From: an uncultured Mycoplasmatota bacterium
Lineage (GTDB): Bacteria > Bacillota_I > Bacilli_A > RF39 > UBA660
Assembly (NCBI GenBank): GCA_947056845.1
Contig: CAMSCJ010000010.1
Span: forward strand, 4,778-68,777
Length of the DNA stretch: 64,000 bases
Reading direction: 5' to 3'
Shown: positions 38,581 through 49,050 of the stretch, in pieces
Numbering within the stretch: the stretch's first letter is position 1
Layout of the letters: every line of letters starts with the position of its first letter
Program-made: the position numbers and the translations under genes
The notes under the pieces: generated by a model
Database searches by the model: none
What the model was told of the DNA's origin: nothing
What the model saw: only the letters and a program-made list of their open reading frames with translations

Positions 38581-40356
38581 ATGAAATTTATTTCTAGTAT
38601 TGTTGGTATTGTTTTTTTTCTAATGCTTATTAAAGGATCAGTTGAAAGCGGTCCTTGGACTATCTTAGTTTTATTATTTATTACTTTTAGTATGATAAAG
38701 GATAAAAAGAAAAAAAGTAAGAAGAAAACAAAATTTAAAAAACAATCTAATAAAAAAATAAAATCAATAGAAAAGCCTAGTATTAAGCTTGATGATATAG
38801 AATTAGAACCAAAAAATTATAAAAATTATTATACATCAGAGCCAATAAATCAAACAGAACAATTTTTGAAAGATAAAAAAATTCTAAGCCAAATAAGGCA
38901 AATGAAAACTATGTCCATAAACCATGTTAAAACTATATCTGTGCAAGAGAAAGTATCTAAGCTATTTTATCTACAAGGTACGTTTGTTGATGACATTAGT
39001 GATAATTATAATATAAACATTCCCTGTGATTATCAGACACCAACCTATAATTCACTAAATGTTTATCAATTACGAAGTTACTTCTCATGGAGAACTTTTA
39101 TAAGAAATAACGATTTCAAAGTAACCGAAATTAGTTATATATATTTGTATATCTATGAGCTGATTAATAAAATTGGCGTTAAAAATGATATTGATGGTTT
39201 AAATAAATTATTAGAAATTTGGCAATATTATAGAAAATATGATTCAAAACTAGATTTATACTTACCTAATTGGGTGAAAGACTATTATATAATTAATAAT
39301 ATAAAAATTCCTTATCAAACTTTAGAAGAAGAGTATCCAATCAAACCTAGAAATGATCAAACATTAATTAGTGAAATAATACTTGGTAATTATGAAAATA
39401 AATTAGAATTCTATGACTATGACTCTGATTATCATATACTAAAAAGTAAAATAATGGAACATAAATATAGCTTTATTATTGAAATGGTTATCCCCATCAT
39501 TTTTGCCAATTTGGATAAACATTTTAATATGTTTGGTTATTCATTTAATGAAATTCTTTTTGGTAATATTAAGAGAATAGAATGGGAACCCTTTAAAGGT
39601 GCAATTTATTATTACAATTCTACTATGATTGATTTTAGTTTTTCATTAAATGAAACGGAAAAATATTTTAAAATAAAAAATAAATACTATAAAGAAATTT
39701 TTGTTAAATCGCCATATCATAAATCATTGATGGGTTATATATTAAAAAATATCGATATAACATTACGTGAATGTTTTAAAATATCTAGAAATTTGCGAAT
39801 AAATAATAATATGCTAGATGATATTTTAAAATATGATAGAAAATTATATGAATTTTTAACAGATGGCAAAATTATAGATATTATAAATATTACCATAAAA
39901 AAATATTTAATTGAAAATAAAACAGAAATTAATAATATTATTAATGAAAAAAGAAAACAAAATATCATTATTGATTCAGATAAATTTGCAAGTATTAGGG
40001 CAGCATCTAATCGTGTTCAAGAAAAATTAATTGTTGAAGAAGAGGAAGAAATAAAACCAAAATTTGAAGAATCAGAAGAGATTGTTAATGTATCAAATGA
40101 CATTTTTGAAAATTTAATCGGAAATTTAAATGAGATTGAATTAGAATTTATTAAAAGAATAACGGCTTTAGATAGTAGAGATAACTTAATTAATTATTGT
40201 AAGAAAAATAATATATTATATGAAGTGATGCTTGAGAATATTAATAGTAAGGCTCTTGAGACCATTGGTGATAATTTAATTGAAGATTATGATTCTGAGA
40301 TTATTATATATGCCGAATATATTGAACTAGTAAAAGAAAAATTGGGAGGTAATTAA
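38581..40356 (+). CDS. membrane-anchored protein, candidate TerB-N/TerB-C (SngA-like) component
   Basis: N-terminal TM helix, poly-Lys tract, then about 500 aa including YQLRSYFSWRTFIRNN...YIYLYIYELINKIG. The family assignment rests mainly on context with the next two genes. ATG 38581 preferred over TTG 38569. Confidence 0.5.
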   Translation: MKFISSIVGIVFFLMLIKGSVESGPWTILVLLFITFSMIKDKKKKSKKKTKFKKQSNKKIKSIEKPSIKLDDIELEPKNYKNYYTSEPINQTEQFLKDKKILSQIRQMKTMSINHVKTISVQEKVSKLFYLQGTFVDDISDNYNINIPCDYQTPTYNSLNVYQLRSYFSWRTFIRNNDFKVTEISYIYLYIYELINKIGVKNDIDGLNKLLEIWQYYRKYDSKLDLYLPNWVKDYYIINNIKIPYQTLEEEYPIKPRNDQTLISEIILGNYENKLEFYDYDSDYHILKSKIMEHKYSFIIEMVIPIIFANLDKHFNMFGYSFNEILFGNIKRIEWEPFKGAIYYYNSTMIDFSFSLNETEKYFKIKNKYYKEIFVKSPYHKSLMGYILKNIDITLRECFKISRNLRINNNMLDDILKYDRKLYEFLTDGKIIDIINITIKKYLIENKTEINNIINEKRKQNIIIDSDKFASIRAASNRVQEKLIVEEEEEIKPKFEESEEIVNVSNDIFENLIGNLNEIELEFIKRITALDSRDNLINYCKKNNILYEVMLENINSKALETIGDNLIEDYDSEIIIYAEYIELVKEKLGGN

Positions 40357-40357
40357 T

Positions 40358-41680
40358 ATGAATGAGGTTGTTCCAAGGAGAATAGCAACCATGCTTATAA
40401 ATGCTTTAAAAGGCGGTGTTGTTCCAAGAACTGGCTTAGGGTATATTGCAGTAGGCCGAGAAAAGGAAATTAATGCTTTATTAAACGATGTATCGATTAT
40501 TGAGGATGGAGGTGCCACATTTCGTTTTGTTGTTGGTAAATATGGTAGTGGAAAAAGTTTTTTATTGCAAACAATTAGGTCACATGTTATGGAAAAAGGT
40601 TTTGTCGTTGTAGATGCTGATTTAACACCCGATCGTAGATTAGTAGGGAATAAGGGGCAAGGTTTAGCAACTTATCGCGAATTAATTCAAAATATGTCCA
40701 CTAAAACACGCCCTGATGGTGGAGCTTTACCACTCCTGTTGGAGCGTTGGATAGCTAGTGTTCAAAATGAAGTATTAGAAGAATACCATATTACACCAAG
40801 CGATATAAAATTTGCTAGTTTAATGGAAACAAAAATATATGAAAAAACTAGTTGCATCGATGATTTAGTTCATGGTTTTGAATTTGCCAAAGTCATAAAC
40901 ATCTATTTTAGAGGTTATTTAGATTCTAATGAGGACCAAAAAAATAGAGCCTTAAAATGGCTAAGAGGTGAATACAGTAATAAAACAGAGGCGAAAAATG
41001 AATTAGGCATCAATTTAATTATATCTGATGAAGATTGGTATGAATATATAAAAATATTTGCTCAATTTATGGTTATGGCTGGATATAAGGGAATGTTACT
41101 ATTGATTGATGAATTAGTTAACATTTATAAAATTCCTAACCAAATAGCTAGACAATATAATTATGAAAAGATTTTGGCCTTATATAATGATACTTTACAA
41201 GGTAAAGCTAAATATTTAGGAATTATTATGGGTGGAACTATTCAATGCGTTGAGGATAATAAAAGAGGAATTTTTAGTTATGAAGCCCTAAAATCTCGTC
41301 TAGAGGATAGTCGTTTTGCCAATAATTCGTGTCGTGATTATTTAGCTCCAATTATCCGGTTACAAGCCTTGACACCTGAAGAAATGACTATTTTAATTGA
41401 AAAATTAACTAATATTCATTGTGATTTATATAATTATAAAACATCCATTACTGAAAATGATATGGTAGAATTCATTAAGGCGGAATATGCAAGGATTGGT
41501 GCTGATAGTCATATTACCCCAAGAGAGGTCATTAGAGACTATATAGAGTTATTAAATACTTTATATCAATATCCTGATAAAAAATTATTAGAAATTATTA
41601 ATGGTGATGATTTCAAATATTCGACTTCTACAACTACTGACGAAGAAATAAATATGGAGTTTGCGGATTTTGAACTATGA
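40358..41680 (+). CDS. DUF2791/BrxD-like P-loop ATPase (SngB-like)
   Basis: N-terminus INALKGGVVPRTGLGYIAVGREKEI, Walker A GKYGSGKSF, Walker B LLLIDELV. The start lies 1 nt after the upstream stop. RBS GGGAGG. Confidence 0.7.
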   Translation: MNEVVPRRIATMLINALKGGVVPRTGLGYIAVGREKEINALLNDVSIIEDGGATFRFVVGKYGSGKSFLLQTIRSHVMEKGFVVVDADLTPDRRLVGNKGQGLATYRELIQNMSTKTRPDGGALPLLLERWIASVQNEVLEEYHITPSDIKFASLMETKIYEKTSCIDDLVHGFEFAKVINIYFRGYLDSNEDQKNRALKWLRGEYSNKTEAKNELGINLIISDEDWYEYIKIFAQFMVMAGYKGMLLLIDELVNIYKIPNQIARQYNYEKILALYNDTLQGKAKYLGIIMGGTIQCVEDNKRGIFSYEALKSRLEDSRFANNSCRDYLAPIIRLQALTPEEMTILIEKLTNIHCDLYNYKTSITENDMVEFIKAEYARIGADSHITPREVIRDYIELLNTLYQYPDKKLLEIINGDDFKYSTSTTTDEEINMEFADFEL

Positions 41681-43809
41681 CCAATAATGTTTTTTCTAAA
41701 TTAGCGCCTTTTATTCAAAATTATATTTATAAAAATAATTGGGTAGATTTAAGGGAAATTCAAGTAGCTAGTTGTGATGTTATTTTTAATAGTGATGCCA
41801 ATCTATTATTAACCTCTATGACCGCATCTGGTAAAACAGAAGCAGCATTTTTGCCTGTTCTTACAGATATATATAATAACCCTTCTAAATCTGTTAGTAT
41901 TTTATATATTAGTCCGCTTAAAGCTCTAATTAATGATCAATTTACACGATTAAATGACATTATAGAAGAGGCTGATTTATCAGTCACCAAATGGCATGGA
42001 GATGCTAGCCAAAATAAAAAAGATAAAATCTTGATGAATCCTAAAGGAATTATTCAAATAACACCAGAATCGTTAGAAGCTTTAATTATGAATAAACCAA
42101 AAGACGTATATACAATTTTTAATGACCTAAGATATATTATTATTGATGAAGTTCACTATTTTATTGGAACAGAGCGAGGTATTCAATTAGAGTCATGCCT
42201 TACTAGATTATCAAGAATTATAAATCAAATTCCAAGGAGAATTGGGCTTTCGGCTACCCTTGGAGATTATGGAGAGGTAGAAAAGTGGCTCAATAGTGGT
42301 ACTAATCGCAACTGCATAACACCAACTGTTGCTAGTGGTAAGCGTACTATTAGTTTAGCCGTTGAATGCTTTAATAATAAAAATGATTTTTATAATTCAT
42401 TATATCAATCATCGTTAAATCAGAAATGCATAATTTTTTCTAACTCTAGAGCTGATGTAGAAGAAAATATTTCTTCATTAAAAGAAATTGCTAAGAACAA
42501 AAAGACAGATGACATTTATTATACACACCATGGAAGTGTTAATACTGCTTTAAGAGAACAAACAGAAGCCTTAATGAAAAATACAGACAAAAAAATTGTT
42601 ACGGGTGCTACGCTAACTTTAGAGTTAGGAATTGATTTGGGTAATTTAGATAGAATTATTCAAACCTCTACTCCATTTAGTGCCTCTAGCTTTGTTCAGC
42701 GTTTAGGGCGAACTGGTAGACGTGGGAATAAGGCAATTATGCAGTTTTTATTTGATAAGAGTGAAAAAGAAAAAAGTGAATTTTTTTATGATAATATAGA
42801 TTTTGATATTATCATGTGTATTGCTATTATTGAAATATACCTGAAAGAAAAATGGGTTGAACCAATGTTGATGCCTAAATATCCTTATGAAATCTTATAT
42901 CATCAAACCTTGAGTTATATAACCTCTATTCAAAGTATTAGTCCTAAAAAATTGGCAGAATATATGCTTACAATTGACATTTTTAAAAATATTTCTAAGC
43001 AAGATTATAAGACACTCCTAAATTATTTATTGAAAATAGGACATTTAGAGCTTACAGATTCTCAAGAATTAATAATTGGTAGTAATGCTGATAAAATGAT
43101 TAATAACTATAAATTTTTCTCTGTATTTCAAAATAAGTTAGAGTATATTGTTTATGGAGATTCAAAGCAAATAGGAACGATTACTGAAAGCATAAAAGTT
43201 GGTGAAAAATTAAAATTGGCTGGTCGAACTTGGGAAGTAACAAATATTGATAGTGATAAATTTAAAATATATACTAAATTAAGTAGTGGTACTTCTAGTA
43301 ATACTTGGAAATCAGATGCTGAAACTAATATTGATTTTAAGATAATACGAAAGATGTATGAAGTATTGAATAGTAATGAAGAATATCCATATTTGCAAGA
43401 TAATGTAAATTCATTATTGGAAACTAATCGAAAGATATTTCAGAAAAATAAGCTAAATGAAAAAATACTCATTCCTAGTGTTGATGATAAAATTATTTTC
43501 CCATGGCTTGGGACAAAATCATTAATAACACTATCATATATTTTAAAAAATGAAGGTATCAATAATAGCGTTTTAAAATGCAGTGGTATTCCAATAGGTT
43601 TAAAAACAGATGGGTTAATAACAGAAAATAGATTAAGAAAAATTATTGAAAAAATAATAGATAATAAGATGACAATTGATGAAATTAAATTGGATGATTT
43701 TAATATAAATAAAAAATATAGTGAATATATTCCTGATGAATTAAAAGAAAAGGAATTTAGATATGATTATTTAAACTTAGAAAAACTAAAATCAGAATTA
43801 AATCTTTAA
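41677..43809 (+). CDS. Lhr-like DExH-box SF2 helicase (BrxHI/SngC-like)
   Basis: Motif I TASGKTEAA, motif II IIIDEVHYF, motif III SATL, motif VI QRLGRTGRRG, plus a ~330 aa C-terminal extension. ATGA overlap with the upstream gene. Confidence 0.8.
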   Translation: MTNNVFSKLAPFIQNYIYKNNWVDLREIQVASCDVIFNSDANLLLTSMTASGKTEAAFLPVLTDIYNNPSKSVSILYISPLKALINDQFTRLNDIIEEADLSVTKWHGDASQNKKDKILMNPKGIIQITPESLEALIMNKPKDVYTIFNDLRYIIIDEVHYFIGTERGIQLESCLTRLSRIINQIPRRIGLSATLGDYGEVEKWLNSGTNRNCITPTVASGKRTISLAVECFNNKNDFYNSLYQSSLNQKCIIFSNSRADVEENISSLKEIAKNKKTDDIYYTHHGSVNTALREQTEALMKNTDKKIVTGATLTLELGIDLGNLDRIIQTSTPFSASSFVQRLGRTGRRGNKAIMQFLFDKSEKEKSEFFYDNIDFDIIMCIAIIEIYLKEKWVEPMLMPKYPYEILYHQTLSYITSIQSISPKKLAEYMLTIDIFKNISKQDYKTLLNYLLKIGHLELTDSQELIIGSNADKMINNYKFFSVFQNKLEYIVYGDSKQIGTITESIKVGEKLKLAGRTWEVTNIDSDKFKIYTKLSSGTSSNTWKSDAETNIDFKIIRKMYEVLNSNEEYPYLQDNVNSLLETNRKIFQKNKLNEKILIPSVDDKIIFPWLGTKSLITLSYILKNEGINNSVLKCSGIPIGLKTDGLITENRLRKIIEKIIDNKMTIDEIKLDDFNINKKYSEYIPDELKEKEFRYDYLNLEKLKSELNL

Positions 43810-43830
43810 GGAAACTTAAAGATTTTTAAA
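43801..43830 (+). terminator. terminator of the three-gene cassette
   Basis: Perfect 10-bp stem aatctttaag-gaaa-cttaaagatt followed by TTT. It contains the stop codon. Confidence 0.75.
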
Positions 43831-43943
43831 TTTACTAGATAAATGTATGTTTAATAGTGTAAAATGCATTAATATTTGAGACAAAACCATTGATATAAAA
43901 TATTTTTAATGATAAAATATAGCGAGTTAGAAGTGGTGAATTT

Positions 43944-45881
43944 ATGATATATATTCCAAAAATTGTTGGTCCTTGTGATGGCTCAAAAAACGCTATAGAT
44001 ATAATTTATAAATTATATGAACGTGAAAGAAAGAAAAAGAAACCAAAGAGGATAGTTATATATAAAGAAATTCTACATAATAAAAATATAATAGAAGAAT
44101 TAAAAAATAAAAATATAGAGTGCATTAATTCATTACAAGGGATAGACAAAAATACCATTGTGGTTATACGTGCTCATGGTGAAGGTGAGGATATATATAA
44201 TTATTTACAAAAAAATGCGATTGAATATTATGATGCTACTTGTAAAAATGTTTTAAAAATACATGATATTATTTATCAAAAGTATTACCAAAATTATGAA
44301 ATTATAATAATAGGTGAAAAACTAAAAGATGGGAATTATCACCCAGAAGTCGAAGGTTCTAATGGTTGGTGTCAACATAATGCCAAAATAATTTCCAATC
44401 CCTTAGAGGTTGACACTTTAGATATTGTAAAAAGTGATGTCTTGATTGTTTGTCAAACAACATTTAACGAAAAAGATGCATTATTAATTGCGGATAAGAT
44501 AAAAAAAAGATATTGTCAAAAAAATATTGAGTTTATTAACACGACTTGTGCAGGACCAAAATTAATTCAAAAATATGCTTTAGAAGTTGCTAAAAAATGT
44601 GATTATATGGTTATAATAGGTGGCAAAAATAGTCATAATACAAATGAGTTATATAAACTTTGTAGTGAAGTTACGCCAAGTATTAAAGTTTCTAATTTAT
44701 TAGAAATTTATGAATGGTTAAATAAAACTGACATTGATGAATCTACAAATATTGGAATAACAGGTGGTGCATCTGTACAAGCCAAACAAATTCAAGAATG
44801 CAAGGAAATAATAGAGTTTTATCTTTTTTATAAGAAGGAAAAAACAACTATAGAGGAATATATTAGAAATTATAATAAAAAACTTTTGAACAAAACGGAT
44901 AATTTAATAGTTCAAGATGCTATAAAAAAATTTACTAATATCAATACATCGGGCAAATATTTAAGATCTATTTTATTAAGCTTGGGTTATAAAATCGCAA
45001 GTGGTAAAACTGATAAATTCTATATTCCACTAGCAATCGCATTTGAAACTTTTCAAACCTCAATTTTAATTCACGATGATATTATCGATAATGCTACTAA
45101 AAGGCGTGGTATGGATACTATTCCTGTTGCTTATAGACGTCAATTTAAGAGCAATAACATAAATAAAAGTAATATAGTTGCAAATTCACTTGGGATATGT
45201 ATAGGTGATTTAGGATTCTATTTAGCTAATGATATTATTTTAAAAAATTATCAGCATAATGCTAATTTATGTAAAATACTAGAATACTATAATAAAATCA
45301 TTATCAATACAATAAAAGGCGAAATTATTGATGTTAAATTGCCTTATGATTTGCAGTATGAAAAAGTTAAGGAATGTAAAGAATCGGATATAATGGAAAT
45401 ATATTATTTAAAAACCGCCTGGTATACTACGATTGGACCATTTTGTTTAGGATGCATGCTAGCTGATAATAATAAAATAGAAATAAAAAAATATGAAGAA
45501 ATATTTAAAAATTTAGGGGTTGCTTTTCAGATAAAAGATGATATAATTGGTATTTATGGCGATTCAAATTATATAGGAAAATCAACTACTTCAGATATCA
45601 GCGAATTTAAGCAAACAATTCTTTATTCTTATGTTTATAATAATGAAAAAAAGCATCTAAAATATTTAAATAAATATTATGGCAAATCTAATGTAAGTGA
45701 AAGTGATATTGAAATAATTAAAAAAATTTTTATCAAATCTGGTGCTTTAGAATATGCTAGAAAAAAAATGGATAATTTATTTGATGAAAGTATTAGCCAA
45801 ATAAAACAACTCAATAATTTAGGTAAATATCAAAATATTATTTTAGGTTTGATTAATTATCTTAGAATTAGACAAAAATAA
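43944..45881 (+). CDS. fusion protein: IspH/LytB-like domain + trans-polyprenyl diphosphate synthase domain
   Basis: N-terminal half has IspH blocks GPCDG, IRAHGEG, DATCKNV, HPEVEG, CQTTF, NTTCAGP, GGKNSHNTNEL. C-terminal half has the first Asp-rich motif LIHDDIIDNATKRRG and the second motif FQIKDDIIGIYGD. Confidence 0.75.
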   Translation: MIYIPKIVGPCDGSKNAIDIIYKLYERERKKKKPKRIVIYKEILHNKNIIEELKNKNIECINSLQGIDKNTIVVIRAHGEGEDIYNYLQKNAIEYYDATCKNVLKIHDIIYQKYYQNYEIIIIGEKLKDGNYHPEVEGSNGWCQHNAKIISNPLEVDTLDIVKSDVLIVCQTTFNEKDALLIADKIKKRYCQKNIEFINTTCAGPKLIQKYALEVAKKCDYMVIIGGKNSHNTNELYKLCSEVTPSIKVSNLLEIYEWLNKTDIDESTNIGITGGASVQAKQIQECKEIIEFYLFYKKEKTTIEEYIRNYNKKLLNKTDNLIVQDAIKKFTNINTSGKYLRSILLSLGYKIASGKTDKFYIPLAIAFETFQTSILIHDDIIDNATKRRGMDTIPVAYRRQFKSNNINKSNIVANSLGICIGDLGFYLANDIILKNYQHNANLCKILEYYNKIIINTIKGEIIDVKLPYDLQYEKVKECKESDIMEIYYLKTAWYTTIGPFCLGCMLADNNKIEIKKYEEIFKNLGVAFQIKDDIIGIYGDSNYIGKSTTSDISEFKQTILYSYVYNNEKKHLKYLNKYYGKSNVSESDIEIIKKIFIKSGALEYARKKMDNLFDESISQIKQLNNLGKYQNIILGLINYLRIRQK

Positions 45882-45897
45882 ATAAGGAAGTGTAATT

Positions 45898-46944
45898 ATG
45901 GGAAAAAAACGAAAGAAAAATAATAGTTATAACCAAAATAATCGTGATTATAATCAAAAAAAGGCATTATCTTTATCAACAAAAGATGATTCTTTTAAGC
46001 AAATTTCTAATTCAAATAATGTTGAAATCCAAAAAGATTTTAAACAAGAGAATGTTAATAATGGTTTAGAAGAACAAACGCAAAGTAATCAAAGAATGGA
46101 AACTATACTACCTAATAATCCGCCTTCAGATAATAAACTAATTTTGGAGGAAAATAAGAAAAATGATATTGGGCAGATTTTTGATATAAATAAAAATAAG
46201 TCAAATCATCAAAAAACAAATGGTAGTAAGGGTTTAATAATTTTTTTAGTAATAATTATCATATTTTTAATAGAGCTATTATTAATTAATATAAATAAAA
46301 TAAATAAACTTAAAAATAATGAGTGTAAAATTGATGAGTGCCCCATCGAAAATAATAACCCAAAAGATGATGATAAAAACAATGAGACTAAAAATGAAAC
46401 ATACTTATTTTTAGGTGATTCCATTTTTTATCAATATAATACAGGTGATTATTTTAGAGATTATAATACTATTAATACTGGTGTAAATGGCATAACCGCA
46501 CTAAAAACTTTAGAAAGATTAGAAGAGAGTGTTTATCAATATAATCCAACTACTATATTTATCTTATTGGGAACTAATGATTTATATTATGATTATACAT
46601 CTGAAGAAACATTTAACCATTTAAAGCAATTAATAGATAAAATTCATTTAGATAAACCAGAAATTACTATAAATGTCCTATCAATTTTACCAATAAATAA
46701 ATCTGATAATCCTAAGGTTTCTAAAGAAGCAAATGGTAATAAAACTAATGAGCAAATCAATCAGGTTAATGAGAATTTATATAAATATTGCGAAGAAAAC
46801 CATTTAAATTATATTAATGTTCATGACTTATTATTAGATAGTAACAATGAGTTAAACTTGGCCTATTCCTATGAAGGATTACATATAACTGAATTAGGTT
46901 ATCATCATATTACAATGGAACTGTTGAAATATATGCAAAAATAA
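45898..46944 (+). CDS. membrane-anchored SGNH/GDSL hydrolase
   Basis: Block I FLGDSIF, block III GTND, and a central TM helix after a basic/polar N-terminus. Confidence 0.7.
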   Translation: MGKKRKKNNSYNQNNRDYNQKKALSLSTKDDSFKQISNSNNVEIQKDFKQENVNNGLEEQTQSNQRMETILPNNPPSDNKLILEENKKNDIGQIFDINKNKSNHQKTNGSKGLIIFLVIIIIFLIELLLININKINKLKNNECKIDECPIENNNPKDDDKNNETKNETYLFLGDSIFYQYNTGDYFRDYNTINTGVNGITALKTLERLEESVYQYNPTTIFILLGTNDLYYDYTSEETFNHLKQLIDKIHLDKPEITINVLSILPINKSDNPKVSKEANGNKTNEQINQVNENLYKYCEENHLNYINVHDLLLDSNNELNLAYSYEGLHITELGYHHITMELLKYMQK

Positions 46945-46976
46945 GGTAAAATAATATTAATTAAAATGGAGGATAT

Positions 46977-47933
46977 ATGAAAAAAATATTAAAGAGTTTA
47001 CCCTTACTAATCGTTATAGTTTTCACCCTATTTTTAACTAGTTGTCAAAAGAAGGATATTGAAAAAGAAGAGAAACAGAATGTTGAGAATACAACACCAC
47101 TTTTTTATAAAATAAGCAAGAAAGATTCTGATATTAATATTTATTTATTAGGTTCAATTCATGCAGCCGATAAAAAAATTTATCCACTAAATGATACTAT
47201 TATGTCAGCATACAATCAAAGTGACTATTTAGCTGTTGAAGTTGATACAATTGCCTTAACAAGTGATATGAATCTACAAATTTCGTTAGCCCAAAAAATG
47301 CTTTATACAGATGGTACAACTATAAAAGACCATATAGGAGAAGAACTGTATGATAAAATGGTTGCAAAATTAAAAGAAAAAGGTTCATATAATTCTATGT
47401 ATGATAATTATAAACCCGCTTTTTTTGAATCATTATTTGAGAATGCCATTATTGTTGATGCCAATATGGATGCTAATGCAGGTATTGATATGCACTTCCT
47501 AAAGCTAGCTAAGAGTGAACAAAAAGATATTTTAGAAATTGAAACCGCTGAATCTCAATATGACTTACTATTAAGTAATCCAATCGAATTAGACAAAATG
47601 CTACTTGAGGGGTATGTTGAAAGTTATGATGAAAGTATTTCTGAAATGCAAGATTTGTATAGTGCCTGGAAAACAGGAGATGCAGATGAATTAGAACAAA
47701 AATTAATGGCGACTTCTAGTGAGGACTTATTACCAGAAGAGATTGAAATGATAGAAAATTACAATAATGCTTTAATTAATGATCGTAATTATGTTATGGC
47801 TAATGCCCTAGAAAAATATTTTTCTGAGGAAAAAAATGTATTTTGTGTAGTTGGAGTAGGCCATGTTGTTGGTAATCAAGGAATTATATCTTTAATGGAG
47901 CAAAGAGGATATAATATTGAAAAGTTAAATTAG
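46977..47933 (+). CDS. TraB/GumN-family lipoprotein
   Basis: Lipobox LTSC, LLGSIH motif, C-terminal VGVGHVVG. Confidence 0.6.
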   Translation: MKKILKSLPLLIVIVFTLFLTSCQKKDIEKEEKQNVENTTPLFYKISKKDSDINIYLLGSIHAADKKIYPLNDTIMSAYNQSDYLAVEVDTIALTSDMNLQISLAQKMLYTDGTTIKDHIGEELYDKMVAKLKEKGSYNSMYDNYKPAFFESLFENAIIVDANMDANAGIDMHFLKLAKSEQKDILEIETAESQYDLLLSNPIELDKMLLEGYVESYDESISEMQDLYSAWKTGDADELEQKLMATSSEDLLPEEIEMIENYNNALINDRNYVMANALEKYFSEEKNVFCVVGVGHVVGNQGIISLMEQRGYNIEKLN

Positions 47934-47934
47934 T

Positions 47935-48924
47935 ATGAAAAGGATAATAATTGCCTTATCATTATTATTTGTTTTACCAATTTGTGGATGCGATAAAGAG
48001 GAACAGATTGAAAAAAATAATTTAGCAAGTTATAATGGTGATTTACAAATTAGTGGCATAAATTTGCAAAATCAATATGGCGAAAATTTCCGGCTAAAAG
48101 GTATTAGCTCCCATAATCTTTACTGGTTTGGTGATTTGATTAATTATAATACTTTAATGGAACTACGCGACAATTGGAATATTAACGCATTTAGGATTGC
48201 TATGTATACTGAAGAAGATGGCTATATTAAAAATCCTAATATAAAATATAAAGTAGTCAATATTATTAACGCTGCCATTAAACTTGATATGTATGTAATT
48301 ATTGATTGGCATATCTTGTCTGATAATAATCCCAATACTTATATAGAAGAAGCAAAATCATTTTTTAGTGAAATAGCCTCATTATATAAAGATAAACCTA
48401 ATATTATTTACGAAATATGTAATGAACCAAATGGGGAAGATATTATTTGGAATAATGATGTTAAACCGTATGCTGAAACAATTATTTCTACAATTAGAGC
48501 AATAGATGATGATGCTATAATTATTGTTGGTACACCAAATTATTGTCAAGATTTTGATGAAGTTATAACTAATTTATTGAGTGATAAAAACACTATGTAT
48601 GCACTTCATTTCTATGCTGGGACGCATAAAGATGAATTAATAGAGCATATAAGATTTGTTTTAGGTGCCAATATTCCAATCTTTGTAAGTGAATGGGGGA
48701 CCAGTACAGCTAATGGAAATGATGGCGTATTCTTTGAGGAATCCAATAAATGGCTTGACTTTTTGGATGCTTATAATATTAGTTGGATTAATTGGTCACT
48801 AAGTGATAAAAATGAAAGCTCTGCCATTCTCCAAAATAATACAGGTACTTTAGGAATATTTGATGAGAACTATTTATCGGATAGTGGTAAATATATAAAA
48901 AATAAACTAAAAATAAAGTCATGA
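47935..48924 (+). CDS. glycoside hydrolase family 5 (endoglucanase-like) lipoprotein
   Basis: YEICNEPNG (acid/base Glu), VSEWGTS (nucleophile Glu), lipobox PICGC. Confidence 0.85.
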   Translation: MKRIIIALSLLFVLPICGCDKEEQIEKNNLASYNGDLQISGINLQNQYGENFRLKGISSHNLYWFGDLINYNTLMELRDNWNINAFRIAMYTEEDGYIKNPNIKYKVVNIINAAIKLDMYVIIDWHILSDNNPNTYIEEAKSFFSEIASLYKDKPNIIYEICNEPNGEDIIWNNDVKPYAETIISTIRAIDDDAIIIVGTPNYCQDFDEVITNLLSDKNTMYALHFYAGTHKDELIEHIRFVLGANIPIFVSEWGTSTANGNDGVFFEESNKWLDFLDAYNISWINWSLSDKNESSAILQNNTGTLGIFDENYLSDSGKYIKNKLKIKS

Positions 48925-48931
48925 TTACTTT

Positions 48932-48956
48932 AAATACACATCTGTGTATTTTTTTC
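48932..48956 (+). terminator. terminator after the GH5 gene
   Basis: aaatacaca-tc-tgtgtattt followed by a T-run. Confidence 0.7.
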
Positions 48957-49050
48957 TTTGTTAGCATATTATATATTATCTTATATAATATTTACATACA
49001 ATTTTTGAAGTGTTATAATAATCTATAATAATTAGAAGTACTGGGGGTAT

